A stretch of 64,000 nucleotides of DNA from Macrostomum lignano (lineage: Eukaryota), in assembly GCA_002269645.1 (NCBI GenBank), contig NIVC01000184.1:372001-436000 (forward strand), given 5' to 3'. Below the pieces are notes generated by a model. It was given only the letters and a program-made list of their open reading frames with translations, did no database searches and had not been told where the DNA came from. Position 1 is the stretch's first letter. Each line of letters starts with the position of its first letter. Positions 27,667 through 39,152 of the stretch are shown here, piece by piece. A program made the position numbers and the translations under genes.

Positions 27667-28274
27667 CTGCAACACAGGGTTTTATTTATATAGCCTCTTC
27701 ATGTTGTATGAAATAGAAGTGAAATCGAAATTTAGTTAGTGTGATGATGATGATGATGACACAAGCTCTGCACCTGCCAACAGCACAATTCACCTGAGTT
27801 CTGACCACAGACACTGAATAACTAGATGGGCCACTTAGCACATTTGCGTGTAAACTACTTTCAGTTCAGTAGTAAGTTAAACAGAAGCATTTTAATGTAT
27901 TTTTAAAGCCAAGGCTCACTTATTGACTCTTACCCCCACTTAAACCTCCAACCGCGCCTTTCCACACTACCCCCGCCCCACCCCAATTTTTAATGCCTTT
28001 CTCGGAATTCCAGCCTAAAGCGACCATGTACATTTCAGTGGACTGGCCAATGTACATTATTGCTGAACCAATTAGCAATTTGTTTACGCCTGCAAGCTTG
28101 GGCTTCTAAATCTAAAATTATCAGTCATTTCAGCTGCCTTATTTTTATAAAATAGCTTATGTATTCTTCTTTGCTACTGAAGTGAGAGTAGAAAGCTGTT
28201 TTACTAAGTATACACGCTTGAGTGGCTGGCCTATCTAAGCTATTTTAGTAATCTGTGGCTCTGAATGACCACGA

Positions 28275-28392
28275 ACTTGAGAAGCCGTGCCTGCAACACA
28301 GGGTTTTATTTATATAGCCTCTTCATGTTGTATGAAATAGAAGTGAAATCGAAATTTAGTTTGTGTGATGATGATGATGATGACACAAGCTC
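28275..28392 (-). repeat. Local ~118-bp duplicate of the exon-6 splice acceptor region
   Basis: Near-identical to 27651-27768, including TTGCAG|GCAC and the (ATG)n run. Confidence 0.9.
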
Positions 28393-28807
28393 GCTAGCTC
28401 GCTACTCCATAGCTCCATAGCTCGCTACTAAACTGGGGGCATTTCACAAGTTCTCAAAACTTCACAATCTCTGAAAGTACCAGTAGTACTAGAAAGTTTT
28501 TTTGTTTTTTTTTATTTTTTGCTTTTTTAACTGCACTTTCTGAGTGCGAGTTTTTTTCTGCAGTAATTAACGTACCGAAAAACTTGTGCTTCTGAAATTT
28601 GGAGCTTGTGAAAGCGACCCATTAAACTAGAACGGTACTTATCGAATTCAAAGTTTTAAGAACATCGGAAATGGTTATTAAATCGTTTGATATTCGGAGA
28701 TATACGAGTATTAGGAATTTAGTGCGAAAAAACTGAAAACTTCCTTGAATTTGAAAGTGTCCGGTTAAGGTTCTGTGAACCCGCGTGAAAGCGGCACTGG
28801 AACTTAC

Positions 28808-29342
28808 CTAAAGTACACATTATTATCGCCGTAGTCTTCTTTGCGCAGCCAGCCAGACAGAGAAGCAACCCCAATAGCCCGGCCTGGCCAGTGCGTTGCC
28901 AGCACGAGAGCTCCGTGTCCGCCCATGGAGTGTCCGAGGAACACCAGTCGATCTGGGTCGGCCGCTGGCAATTCGACAGTGGCAACTTCAGCCAAAACTT
29001 CTACAGCTCGCATTGCGGTCAACGCGCCGGTCCCTCCCAGTTGTGCGCCCCGTGACGACTTGGCGCCAACAGCCAAGCGCCGGAAATTCCAAATCTATAA
29101 CCGGCGCTGGCGTCTCTACCAGCCTCTATAAACTTGTGACTATCGGCTTGATCCTCAGGCTTAATACTGGTGCCGTGTAGGCTGACTACGATTGGCAATC
29201 GAACCGCTTGCGATTTCTGACTGCGACCGGTGCCGCCCTGCCACTCTATCGGAGCAATCGCGGCAGCTCGCTGCACCGAGCCGTCGTGATCAACGAATGT
29301 GAACAGCACGCTCTGGTCTGGCCTGCGACAGCGGAGGGTCAC
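28808..29342 (-). CDS. Secreted alpha/beta-hydrolase, N-half exon 5 (nucleophile GHSMG); 1-bp frameshift at ~29027-29030
   Basis: LFTFVDHDGSVQRAA...SLHGT...QADSHK...RHGAHNWEG / GALTAMRA...GHSMGGHG...WLRKEDYGDNN; splice sites and phases fit only if one base is added in CCGG. Confidence 0.85.
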
Positions 29343-29484
29343 CTGCGTGGAAATGGAGAAAAGATTGCGATGAATATTTCTGCTTTTTTACTTCCGGTAC
29401 TTCCCAGCAGTATTCTTACTTGTACTTGGTAGCAGTATTTACTACTTTTACAAGCACCAACTACAAAATGTAAAAACCTACAAT

Positions 29485-29735
29485 GGGGTTGTAGCCTAGT
29501 ACGTGGTTAGAGCGTCGAACTCTTGACCCGCTCGTGGCAACTTTTATCCTTGAGCAAGGCACTTAACTCTGCATTGCTTCAGTTCACCCAGCTGTAAAAT
29601 GGGTGCCAGCATTAGCTGGGGTAACTGAGGGTGCGTGTGGCGATATCCAGTTACTGCATGCACTGAATAGCCGTACGCAGCCTTCAGATGCGCCGCGCAA
29701 TAGCTGCGGCTGAGATTTCGGTTGCACATCCGCCC
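29485..29735 (+). mobile_element. tRNA-derived CORE-like SINE, family A
   Basis: tRNA-like head followed by CCTTGAGCAAGGCACTTAAC...CAGTTCACCCAGCTGTAAAATGGG (resembles MIR/CORE); homologous to 34725-35050 and 52383-52525. Confidence 0.8.
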
Positions 29736-29740
29736 ATTTA

Positions 29741-29905
29741 GCAACTTCCTACCGGTACTTCCCACCAGTAGCAACTTCCTACCGGTACTTCCCACCAGTA
29801 GCTACTTCCTACCGGTACTTCCCACCAGTAACTACTTCCTACCGGTACTTCCCACCAGTAGCTACTTCCTACTGGTACTTCCCACCAGTAGCTACTTCCT
29901 ATCGG
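29741..29905. repeat. 30-bp intronic minisatellite
   Basis: ~5.5 copies of GCAACTTCCTACCGGTACTTCCCACCAGTA. Confidence 0.93.
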
Positions 29906-29946
29906 TAATTCCTACTTTTACGCCGTGCCTGTACCTCCCAACCTAC

Positions 29947-30460
29947 CTGCATTTCTTGAGCCGGTCCGGAATCTTTACAGCTGAGCCGCAGCTTAAGCCG
30001 TAGGCTGTCGCCAGAGGCTTTGCAAGCGGCTCGGCGATCTTTCCCACCAGTACCGCCGCCTGTCAGTTGCAAGTCACCCGCTATAAAGCCCAGCTGACCA
30101 GGCGCGAGATCTTTAGACGGAATGGGCTTAGTTGGTCCCATCCGGCAATCAATCTTATCCCCGCTGCAATCAAGGCGACAGCTGAGAGCTCCGCCAGTTC
30201 GCAGGCTGACAACTGGCACAAAAATTGGCGCCGATGCTCCCGTTAAAAACGCGGCGTCTTGTCCTTCTAGTAGCAGCAAATCGGGCAGAAAATCCGGCGG
30301 CCAAGCTCGAAACTTTGATCCTGTCGCCGCTGCAGAGACGAAACGGCACGACACTGCGGCGGCCTGTTTACCGCGAACTCGTGCCGCTAACAGGTGAACA
30401 CCTCGGCGATTGGTTAGCAATCGCCCGGCAACCGAGGAGACCGCTCGGCCGCGCATGTAG
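29947..30460 (-). CDS. Secreted alpha/beta-hydrolase, N-half exon 4
   Basis: Acceptor ATTTTAG|C, donor CAG|GTAGGT; phase 2 in, phase 0 out; contains PDLL and LAPGQ family motifs. Confidence 0.85.
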
Positions 30461-30544
30461 CTAAAATAGTATTTAAAAAATAATGCTAATCCTGACTCAT
30501 GCTACTAATAGTAGATAAAAAATGATAATGGAGAGAGAACCTAC

Positions 30545-31194
30545 CGATCGGCGGATAGATCGACGACGTCATCAACCGTTACAGCAGCCGGTCCGTCGCA
30601 CACAAGACTCCATTGTAAATCAGTTTTGTGGTCGTCAGCGTCGTTAATCTCCTTAGTCGTGTACACACCGCCAATGAGCCAGCCCTGGAATTCCAGGGCA
30701 GCCGTAGAGCCCAGACTGTTGACCAGTTCACCCCAAGGAACTTCAGGAGCCAGTCGGATCACTCCATTCGAGTCGATGGTATCAACTGGCGTCCACTCCA
30801 TCGTAGAGGAATAGAAAAATTCCGTGAAAAGTTTTCGACGATCAAAATTCTCCGATCGAAGCATCACCGTGGCGACGGCATTTGGCAGGCTGCCAAAAGC
30901 TGACAGCACCGGATCGGCGTCCAGCTCCCCCGTTCCGATGGGAAACCAGCCGAACCGATGCCAGTCCTCAATCGATGGAGCAGCATCACCTGACTCGACA
31001 GTAGATGCAGCCTCTTTGTAGACGAGTTCCGCCAAGTCCCGCTCGTCCAATTCCAGCAGACAATCGGCCAGGGCCAGACGAAGTTTTCGCAGACGATTCA
31101 GCCGCCTGCGACGCACCTTAGTCGACGATGAGGCAGCTTTAGTGGCAGCGACTGTCGCTTGAGTCACTTCGTTGATTAGGCAGACAATGTGTGG
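30545..31194 (-). CDS. Secreted alpha/beta-hydrolase, N-half exon 3
   Basis: Acceptor TTTTAG|CCA, donor CG|GTAGGT; contains WFPIGTGELDADP and FQGW motifs typical of the family N-terminus. Confidence 0.85.
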
Positions 31195-31687
31195 CTAAAA
31201 CAATGCGTAAAATTTAATAAATATAAGCACGATGGCTGTGGCCTGGTGGGCATCTCAGGCCTTTAGCGACATCGTCCAACAACCATCGCCAGGCACGAAT
31301 TCATACACACGCTCACACAGGGTGCACCAACGGTCCTGACTTTCTAATCGTCAGGTATGTACACTCTGTGACTTGGGGGTGGCTCTCATGGGCCCTCAAC
31401 GCCAATTTTCCTGCATAAGCCCCAAATGAATGTGGCCACACAGAATCGAACCACGAGTCGTGGTGCGAAAGTCAAACGTATTTACCTCTGAGCTGCTCTG
31501 CTTCCAATAACGAGCTAATTGACAGACTAATGCATGGAATACAAGACTTGCGCTCTATGCTTGAGATTATCACACAATAATTGCGCCCAAAAACATGCGA
31601 GTCTGTCATGGTTGGGCCAGTGCCCACAAACGCCCCCTGCAAAGCAAACTAATTCAAACATTCAATGCGGGATCAATCTGAACTCAC

Positions 31688-31846
31688 CCGGATGTCCCAG
31701 TCGGAAAGTCGGGCAGCTGCGAAAGCCAACGGCGAAAGCTCAGCGGCACCGGCGCGGTCTTTCCTCTGGCAGGGCGGCCATCCGCGTTGCTGGGCCAAAT
31801 CAGTCAGCTGGCCGGATGATGGGGTAGAGCTGGATGCTGGGACCAG
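31688..31846 (-). CDS. Secreted alpha/beta-hydrolase, N-half exon 2
   Basis: Acceptor TTTCCAG|CTG, donor CGG|GTGAGT; 53 codons, phase 0/0, in frame with exon 3. Confidence 0.7.
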
Positions 31847-31923
31847 CTGGAAATAGAGATAGGTAGATACATGTTACATAGGTAAGAGAACTCACACCCA
31901 ATTCAATATTTGAACCAACTCAC

Positions 31924-31983
31924 CAATAGAGACAGGCATAGGAGCACTGATCTGTCGAAACTTATACGACCGATGTTGCTCTC
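31924..31983 (-). CDS. Secreted alpha/beta-hydrolase, most 5' exon found (start of signal/anchor-like hydrophobic stretch)
   Basis: Acceptor TTTTTTCAG|GAG, donor TTG|GTGAGT; ESNIGRISFDRSVLLCLSLL continues LVPASS in the next exon; start codon not identified. Confidence 0.6.
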
Positions 31984-32072
31984 CTGAAAAAAATTCATTT
32001 CATTTTGTGTCTCAATTAAATTGAGCAGATTCAAGTAGAAACTGGATACAGGAACGGGCTTTCTCAGAAACT

Positions 32073-32842
32073 GAGAATCTGGGAGGCTGGCCCAGCAACT
32101 GAGGATCTGGGAGGCTGGCCCAGCAACTGAGGATCTGGGAGGCTGGCCCAGCAACTGAAGTTCTGGGAGATGGTGGCCCAGCAACTGGGATCTGGGAGGC
32201 TGGCCCAGCAACTGAGGATCTGAGAGGCTGGCCCAGCAACTGAAGTTCTGGGAGATGGTGGCCTAGCAACTGGGATCTGGGAGGCTGGCCTAGCAACTAA
32301 GGATCTGGGAGGCTGGCCCAGCAACTGAGGATCTGGGAGGCTGGCCCAGCAACTGACACTCTGGGAGGCTGGCCCAACAACTGAGGATCTGGGAGGCTGG
32401 CCCAACAACTGAGGATCTGGGAGGCTGGCCCAGCAACTGAGGATCTGGGAGGCTGGCCCAGCAACTGAGGATCTGGGAGGCTGGCCCAACAACTGAGGAT
32501 CTGGGAGGCCGACCCAGCAACTGAGGATCTGGGAGGCTGGCCCAGCAACTGAGGATCTGGGAGGCTGGCCCAGCAACTGAGGATCTGGGAGGCTAGCCCA
32601 GCAACTGACACTCTGGGAGGCTGGCCCAACAACTGACACTCTGGAAGGCTGGCCCAGCAACTGAGAATCTGGGAGGTGAGCCCAGCAACTGAGGATCTGA
32701 GAGGCTGGCCCAGCAACTGACACTCTGGGAGGCTGGCCCAGCAACTGAGAATCTGGGAGGCTGGCCCAGCAACTGAGGATCTGGGAGGCTGGCCCAGCAA
32801 CTGACACTCTGGGAGGCTGGCCCAGCAACTGAGGATCTGGGG
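32073..32842. repeat. 28-bp minisatellite
   Basis: ~27 copies of GAGGATCTGGGAGGCTGGCCCAGCAACT with variants. Confidence 0.97.
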
Positions 32843-33339
32843 ATTTGAGAGAGTGAAAATTCAATTTGAGCATAGCATGACAGCCTAAAAATGAGACCTG
32901 TGCTGATATACTACTTCTAAGTACGGATGAGACGTACACTTCTGTTTTTGTAGATGAATAGCTTGTCATATCTATTACAACCAGCGTCTTAAAACGTATT
33001 TTATGACTATTAGCAAAATGTAATATCTCTGTAAAATACCTTATCAGTTTTAAAAAAAATAGCGTGAGCCAGTCCATTGGACTCAAGAAATAATTCAACA
33101 GAAATGGTAGCCATTCCTTTGTTTATTACATTTTTATTCAACAATTTGCAAGTTAAATCAATACTAAAATTATCATTAGTGACCAAAAAATGAACGTTGT
33201 GTGCGTGGGGCAAGTTAATGTTACTAAATTTTTCCAGAGTTTCTAAGAAATTAACCAACAACTTGTCTTTCTTTATAAAACGATTTGCAAAAAGAGCTTC
33301 CTTAAAGAAAAGTAAGCAAACAAGCAAACATCATAAACA

Positions 33340-34052
33340 GTCACTCAACATCATCATAAACAGTCACTCTTAACATCATAAAAAACAGTCACTCAGCATC
33401 ATCAACAGTCACTCAGCATCATCAACAGTCACTCAGCATCATTAACAGTCACTCAGCATCATCATCAACAGTCACTCAGCAATCATCAACAGTCACTCAG
33501 CATCATCATCAACAGGATCACTCAGCATCATCAACAGTCACTCAGCATCATCAACAGTCACTCAGCATCATCATCAACAGTCACTCAGCATCATCAACAG
33601 TCACTCAGCATCATCATCAACAGTCACTCAGCATCATCAACAGTCACTCAGCATCATCATCAACAGTCACTCAACATCATCATAAACAGTCACTCAACAT
33701 CATCATCAACAGTCACTCAGCATCATCAACAGTCACTCAGCATCATCATCAACAGTCACTCAACATCATCATAAACAGTCACTCAGCATCAACAACAGTC
33801 ACTCAGCATCATCATCAACAGTCACTCAACATCATCATTAACAGTCACTCTTAACATCATAAAAAACAGTAACTCAGCATCATCAACAGTCACTCAGCAT
33901 CATCATCAGTCACTCAGCATCATCATAAACAGTCAATCAACATCATCATAAACAGTCACTCAGCATCATCAACATCATCAAAAACAGTCACTCAGCATCA
34001 TCAACAGTCACTCAGCATCATCAACAGTCACTCAGCATCATCAAACAGTCAC
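33340..34052. repeat. 20/23-bp minisatellite starting at the hydrolase stop codon
   Basis: AACAGTCACTCAGCATCATC(ATC), ~30 copies; the TGA stop lies inside the terminal unit. Confidence 0.95.
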
Positions 34053-34587
34053 TGCACGCAAACGCAGGACGACAACTCGTTTCTAAATTGCCAATGGTTG
34101 TCATAGTAACCAGCGCAAGAAAACCCGCCCGGCCCGGCCGCACTAGCGGTCTCTAATCCGCCTTTGATCACTAGGTAGTCCGGCAGCCAATTGCTGAACG
34201 GCGAGCGCGCCATGGGCGGAATTGTTGGCGAGCTCAGACCAATGACTGCGTCACGTAGGCCGCGACTGTCGATGGCAAGGAACACCAGGGCGACACCGTC
34301 GGGATCCTCCAGACCAGCCGGAGCCAGGCTGACAAACGCGGATCCGGGCGTCGCTGCAACTAACGGAGCCAAAGCGCATTTCCAACGGCGCATTTGAAGC
34401 TTTTCGTCATCGATAAAATCTTGACCAGCCGAAGAATTCCAACCGCCGAGAAAGATGAAGTTTTTAATGCCGAGCGAGTTTAGCTCGCCGCGACGTTGCC
34501 AAGTTAATACGGGCGAGGGAGTGTCCGAGGTTAGCAGAAACTGATTGGCCAAGAATACGGCCAAGCTTTCCGGACAGATGGCCGGAT
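34049..34587 (-). CDS. Secreted alpha/beta-hydrolase, C-half terminal exon
   Basis: Acceptor TTCCACAG|AT (phase 1); LAVFLANQFLLTSD...PTIPPMARSPFSNWLPD...GPGG..CAGYYDNHW...stop. Confidence 0.9.
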
Positions 34588-34724
34588 CTGTGGAAGTAAA
34601 GAAAAGCATTGGTTTCAAACGATTCAGAATTATCAAATTAACATTATCACTATGTGAACATATAACGCTAAGTAAGTGCTGCGTAAAATACAGCATTCAC
34701 GCTGTGAAGTTTTGTTAATGTTGA

Positions 34725-35050
34725 TAATAATAATAATAATAATAATTGATTTCACCTGCTCCAATTAGGACAGATGTGCAACCGACAGCTCAGCCGCAGC
34801 TATTGCGCGGCGCATCTGAAGGCTGCGTACGGCTGTTCAGTCCAAGGACTGCGGGGTCGCCACACACACCCTCAATTACCCTCAGTTACCCCAGCTAAAG
34901 CTGGCACCCATTTTACAGCTGGGTGAACTGAAGCAATGCATAATTAAGTGTCTTACTCAAGGACACAAATTGTTTCAGTGGGATCGGGAATCGAACCCCC
35001 GACCTCCCAGTCGTGAGTCGGACGCTTTAACCACTATAGGCTACAACCCC
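34725..35050 (-). mobile_element. tRNA-derived CORE-like SINE, family A, full length with (ATT)n tail
   Basis: Head GGGGTTGTAGCCTATAGTGG (A box), GGTTCGATTCC (B box), CORE-like block, (AAT)n at 34725-34746. Confidence 0.85.
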
Positions 35051-35539
35051 TGTTAATGTTGAGAATACACACTCAACACACACTAATCTTATGCTTAGAC
35101 TAAACTTATCTATCTTAGCTCGCAGGAATATGGGCACAGTCCTAAAACTGATATATGATAATTAAATGCTATGAGCGCAAAAACAGGGTTTGAGAGTGTG
35201 CTTAGGGAAAGAGGGGCAGACTGATAAACACATAAACAAGGCTGGAGAGAGAAAACGTAAAGTATAGATAAGAACAGAAAAATGAGCCCTGGAAGCGGGG
35301 TTTAGCGACCAACATGCAGGGTGAGGAGATGAGAATTAAACACACGCACTGAGAGAGACAGCCAATCAGAACGCAGATGGACGAACGGAGAGCAAGGAGC
35401 GCAAAAAACAGACAAACACACAGCGGAGACAGGAGCCTCAGTGCAAATGCACGTAATCACGACAGGAGGATTACTTTACAATACTTTACATTACGAGATT
35501 ATTACACACAACTGCAAATTAATCTCAAGTAGTACGCAC

Positions 35540-35906
35540 CAAATAGAATGGCAAAAGGCTGCTCCGCGACCCGGCGCATCGGTCCTAGTTGACTCTCAAG
35601 TCGCACTATTCTATCCCAGTTGTCACCTGACTGAATCTGTTGATCATCGGCATCAAATTTTCGACACTTCCAATCGCCATAACTACTAGAGAAATTTGAC
35701 TGCCAATTTCTGAGGCACTTCACTGTCAAAAATTTTTTTGGAGTCTCTGTTGCCGAATCTGTCAGCAAATCAACGTCTTGACCGTCAACACTTTTAAACT
35801 GATCAATGGAGTAGGCATTTTGGGATTGCAAGTCAAAATTGGCTGTGAACTGCAGAACATTTTCAGTTGTAACCACTGCCATTGCATTGGTATCATCCGA
35901 TTCAAC
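35540..35906 (-). CDS. Secreted alpha/beta-hydrolase, C-half exon 3
   Basis: Acceptor CTTCAG|GTT, donor G|GTGCGT; contains VTTENVLQF and LGPMRRVAEQPFAILFG motifs; phase 0 in, phase 1 out. Confidence 0.85.
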
Positions 35907-36759
35907 CTGAAGTTTAAACAGAAAAAAACAGAATCCGGTATCAATCATGGTTAGGTAAAGTGAGCTGCGTATGTCTATTCTTCATCTGATCTTTACTACA
36001 ATACTGAAAGCTTGTCGTCTGATTATAGTAGGAACAGTCTAAATGGCTTAGCTTGATTAAAGAGACGGTACGTGCTCGTAAATCGAACTGTTGCCATTTA
36101 CTTCTCTTAGTCAAGTTTTACCGCCCCTTAAGTATATAACACAGATACCAGAATAGCCAGAATGCACTCGCAAAAATGCACTCATCTACTCGTTTTCAGT
36201 AGCAAAGTAAGCGTTTTATAGCGTCAGCTACAATCGCCTCTGGCTTTCCACAAGCAACCCCCCCCATTAAATTAACATATTCATCCTGTTCTACCGACTC
36301 CAGACTAACTCAGACTCTAATTTGGGTCCATGAGAATTGCCTCTACGCGACGAACCAAAAAATGCGTCACACCCTTTGCCGACGGCTGGCTGGCACGATT
36401 TCGTGCCAAGTGCATGAGTGTCAGAATTTCTACCCCCGTTCCAGACGGCAGCTAGCTTCACAAGTACACCCGTATGTAGCAAAGCCGCTAAACCAAAAGA
36501 TAATTTGTCTATGGCTGGGGACCAAATGCTATGGCTGCATGTCTTTCATTCATGAGAAAACCTTACAGGGGAATATGGAAAGGGCACTATTTTCGGCCAT
36601 AGATTTTTATTGAAATCACTGTCGTGCTCATAATAGTTCTGCCAAGGACCTGCTTCTGAAATACAGAAACAGTCTTATTATAAAATTGGATATTTTTATC
36701 CTCTGTCTACCCAAAGCACCAAGCATTTCGCTCCTGAGAATCATTACAAGGCGTTAGAC

Positions 36760-37427
36760 TTTGACGGAGACTCGGAGTGAGCTGGTTCACTGCTAATGAT
36801 GAGTCAATTGACGGATCCAAAGTTGAAAATCCCCACAGTGACCAAGAAGAAGGGCAGGATGAGTTAATCGTAGGAGAACAGTGGCATCTAGTTGATGATG
36901 GCGCTGATGCCAGGCCAGCACCTCTGCCTGAGTTCCTCGGAGTACCAGGAGTCAGGCCCGATTTGCAGCTTCCTGAGATCGCCGACGGTAACGAGAGTGA
37001 TTTTATCAAGCTGCACGAGGGCTGAGCAATAAGTTTCAGATTTCAGAATCTGATTTTGTCAGATTTTGTCAGCCGCCTCTCAACTATGCACATCCGGAAA
37101 CTTATTGCTCAGCCCTCGTATTTGACGGACGGGTTGATGGAGAACATCCAGAACTGGACAAACGCAAAGGTTTGGAAGACCTATGAGGATAACTTTGACG
37201 GTGGAACAGTCCCAAATTTTGTGCTGAACTGGAAGGACTGCATGGTTAATGAAGTAAGAAAATTGATCGGAATTGTTTTGCTGATTGGACTGGACAAGAA
37301 GCCTGAAATATCGAGCTATTGGTCGCAAGATCCGTCTTATCACTGTGCATTTCTTGCTGAGCCTTGTTCTCTTCCTAGAGACAGGTTCAAGCAGCTGATT
37401 TCGTCTGCATTGCCCTCCAATGGTTAG
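36760..37427 (+). mobile_element. piggyBac (PGBD4-like) transposase N-terminal fragment, degenerate, intronic
   Basis: PEFLGVPG...DFIKL; TDGLMENIQNWTN; WKDCMVNEVRKLIGIVLLIGLDKKPEISSYWSQDP...LPRDRFKQL; frameshifted, TIRs not found. Confidence 0.8.
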
Positions 37428-38044
37428 TAAGTCTTAATAGAGATTTACCCGATCAAAACGTTTCGATGGTAACTGTGCACCAAATGCATATTTTTTGCGG
37501 GCTTTCATTTCTTTATACATGCAGGGGTACATCGGTGAGCTATTGATTCATGCATGTCATGCCGCTTGGTCCACTAAATCTCTTTATTAAGACTTTTTAA
37601 GCATAGGAGGGCAATTCGCTCGCGGGCAATTCTCGTGCCCGCTTGTGCCTGTAATTGACCTATTTCCTTACTGCTCTCTCATTGGCTGAGCTGGATTGGG
37701 CCTGCCCCCTAGCCTAGGTTCGCCCGCCCGTCTTGCGTTCACAAGTGTACATCAAGTTAAATTCTTGTTGATTCTTAACCCCATATGCTCCCGAGGCTAC
37801 AGACCCCGAGGAAGGAAAGAAAATTTTAGCAGCCACATTAAATTGAAGTGACACTGCGCAGACAAACTACTTAATAATGAGTAGACGCTCTACTTTTATT
37901 GCGAAAAGTGACACATCTAGATATATTCTAGTATCTGTGGTACAAATTCCTATGACGTCTTTTACGTCACTGGACTCGTTTAACTGGCTGAAGACCACGT
38001 ATTTCGTTGTCTGTTGTGTGGTACATACTGGTATCAAGTATTGA

Positions 38045-38230
38045 GAGGAGAGAATAGCTCAAGGTTTAACGTGTCTGTCCTCGCGCCAAAGACCTTGGGT
38101 TCGATACCGCACGCTTCGATACCGCCGGAGTGGACATGGCTGCTAGCCTTCTTCATGGTTGGGGTTAACTGTTGCCTCGACTTGTGGCAGTTCTTAAAGT
38201 CGTGCAACTAAGCAACTAGCTCATATACCA
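38045..38230 (+). mobile_element. tRNA-like SINE head (third family) in intron
   Basis: TAGCTCAAGG A-box and GGTTCGATACC B-box motifs, no complete cloverleaf. Confidence 0.4.
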
Positions 38231-38267
38231 GGTATATAATACGCTAAATTTAATACGCTAAACTTAC

Positions 38268-38535
38268 CTTTAAACTGCTAAAAAGCGACGGATATATTTG
38301 CCTATCAATTCGGAATCCGTGCAACGACCCGGTGAAAGACGGATTATAAGTTGTCAAGGTGAACGGGTCCTTAGCAGCAGCAATAGAAGAGTACTTATCA
38401 GATGCACTTTTCCCAGAGCAGTCTGAAGCGCCTCGCTTGCAATATCCTTGGTCAGAGTTCTTAGACAAAGAGATTGCTTCCCGCAGAAATTTTTGCACCT
38501 GTTCATCGTTCATCACTCCGCCATCGTTTGGTCGC
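38268..38535 (-). CDS. Secreted alpha/beta-hydrolase, C-half exon 2
   Basis: Acceptor CTAATCAG|G, donor AAG|GTAAGT; RPNDGGVMND...FTLTTYNPSFTGSLHGFRI; phase 2 in, phase 0 out. Confidence 0.9.
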
Positions 38536-38694
38536 CTGATTAGATAGAAAAATTCAAATAATTCGTGAATTTTTAATTTAAAGTATGTGCGGCTTCTTCG
38601 GTGGCAGCCATCTATTAGCAAATTAATCCCACAGCACAGAGGCCAACACCCTGTGTGCAACACCCTATCATCACCCGCCACTTTTTAGAGAATC

Positions 38695-39085
38695 GAGGGC
38701 AGCAAAAATTCTGGGCGCAACCCCTCCCCCCCACACTTCACTCGTCAGGCAATTGAGAGCAATAAAATTCTGGGTGCAACCCCTCACTCTCCACTCCCCA
38801 GGCAATCGAGAGCAATAAAATCTGGGTGCAACCCCTCACCCTCCACTCGCCAGGCATCGAGAGCAATAAAATTCTGGGTGCAACCCCTCACTCTCCACTC
38901 CCCGGGCAATCGAGAGCAATAAAATCTGGGTGCAACCCCTCACTCTCCACTCCCCAGGCAATTGGAAGCAATAAACTTCTGAGCGCACCCTTAACCTTTA
39001 TTCCCTAGGCAAGTTGGGCAATAAAATTCTGGGCGCAACCCCTCACCCTGCACCCCCCACGCAATTTGGAACAATGAAATTCTGA
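38695..39085. repeat. ~53-bp intronic minisatellite
   Basis: ~7 copies of GAGAGCAATAAAATTCTGGGTGCAACCCCTCACTCTCCACTCCCCAGGCAATC. Confidence 0.9.
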
Positions 39086-39152
39086 GTGAGTGCAAGCTAA
39101 ATATTTCCTTGTGTCAATTAAGGAGTGCAGATAGATAAACAAATATTATTAC

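Noticed and set aside
32064-33098. 344-aa ORF and overlapping ORFs
   Set aside because: Mostly the 28-bp minisatellite read through; only the extreme 5' part might contain a real first exon.
34980-35050. tRNA gene (also 15355, 29485, 38045, 12900, 31440)
   Set aside because: A/B boxes run into SINE bodies, and no complete acceptor stem or cloverleaf could be drawn.
36260-37800. Full piggyBac boundaries with TTAA TSD
   Set aside because: Candidate TTAA sites exist (~36271, ~37776), but no matching TIR pair was found.
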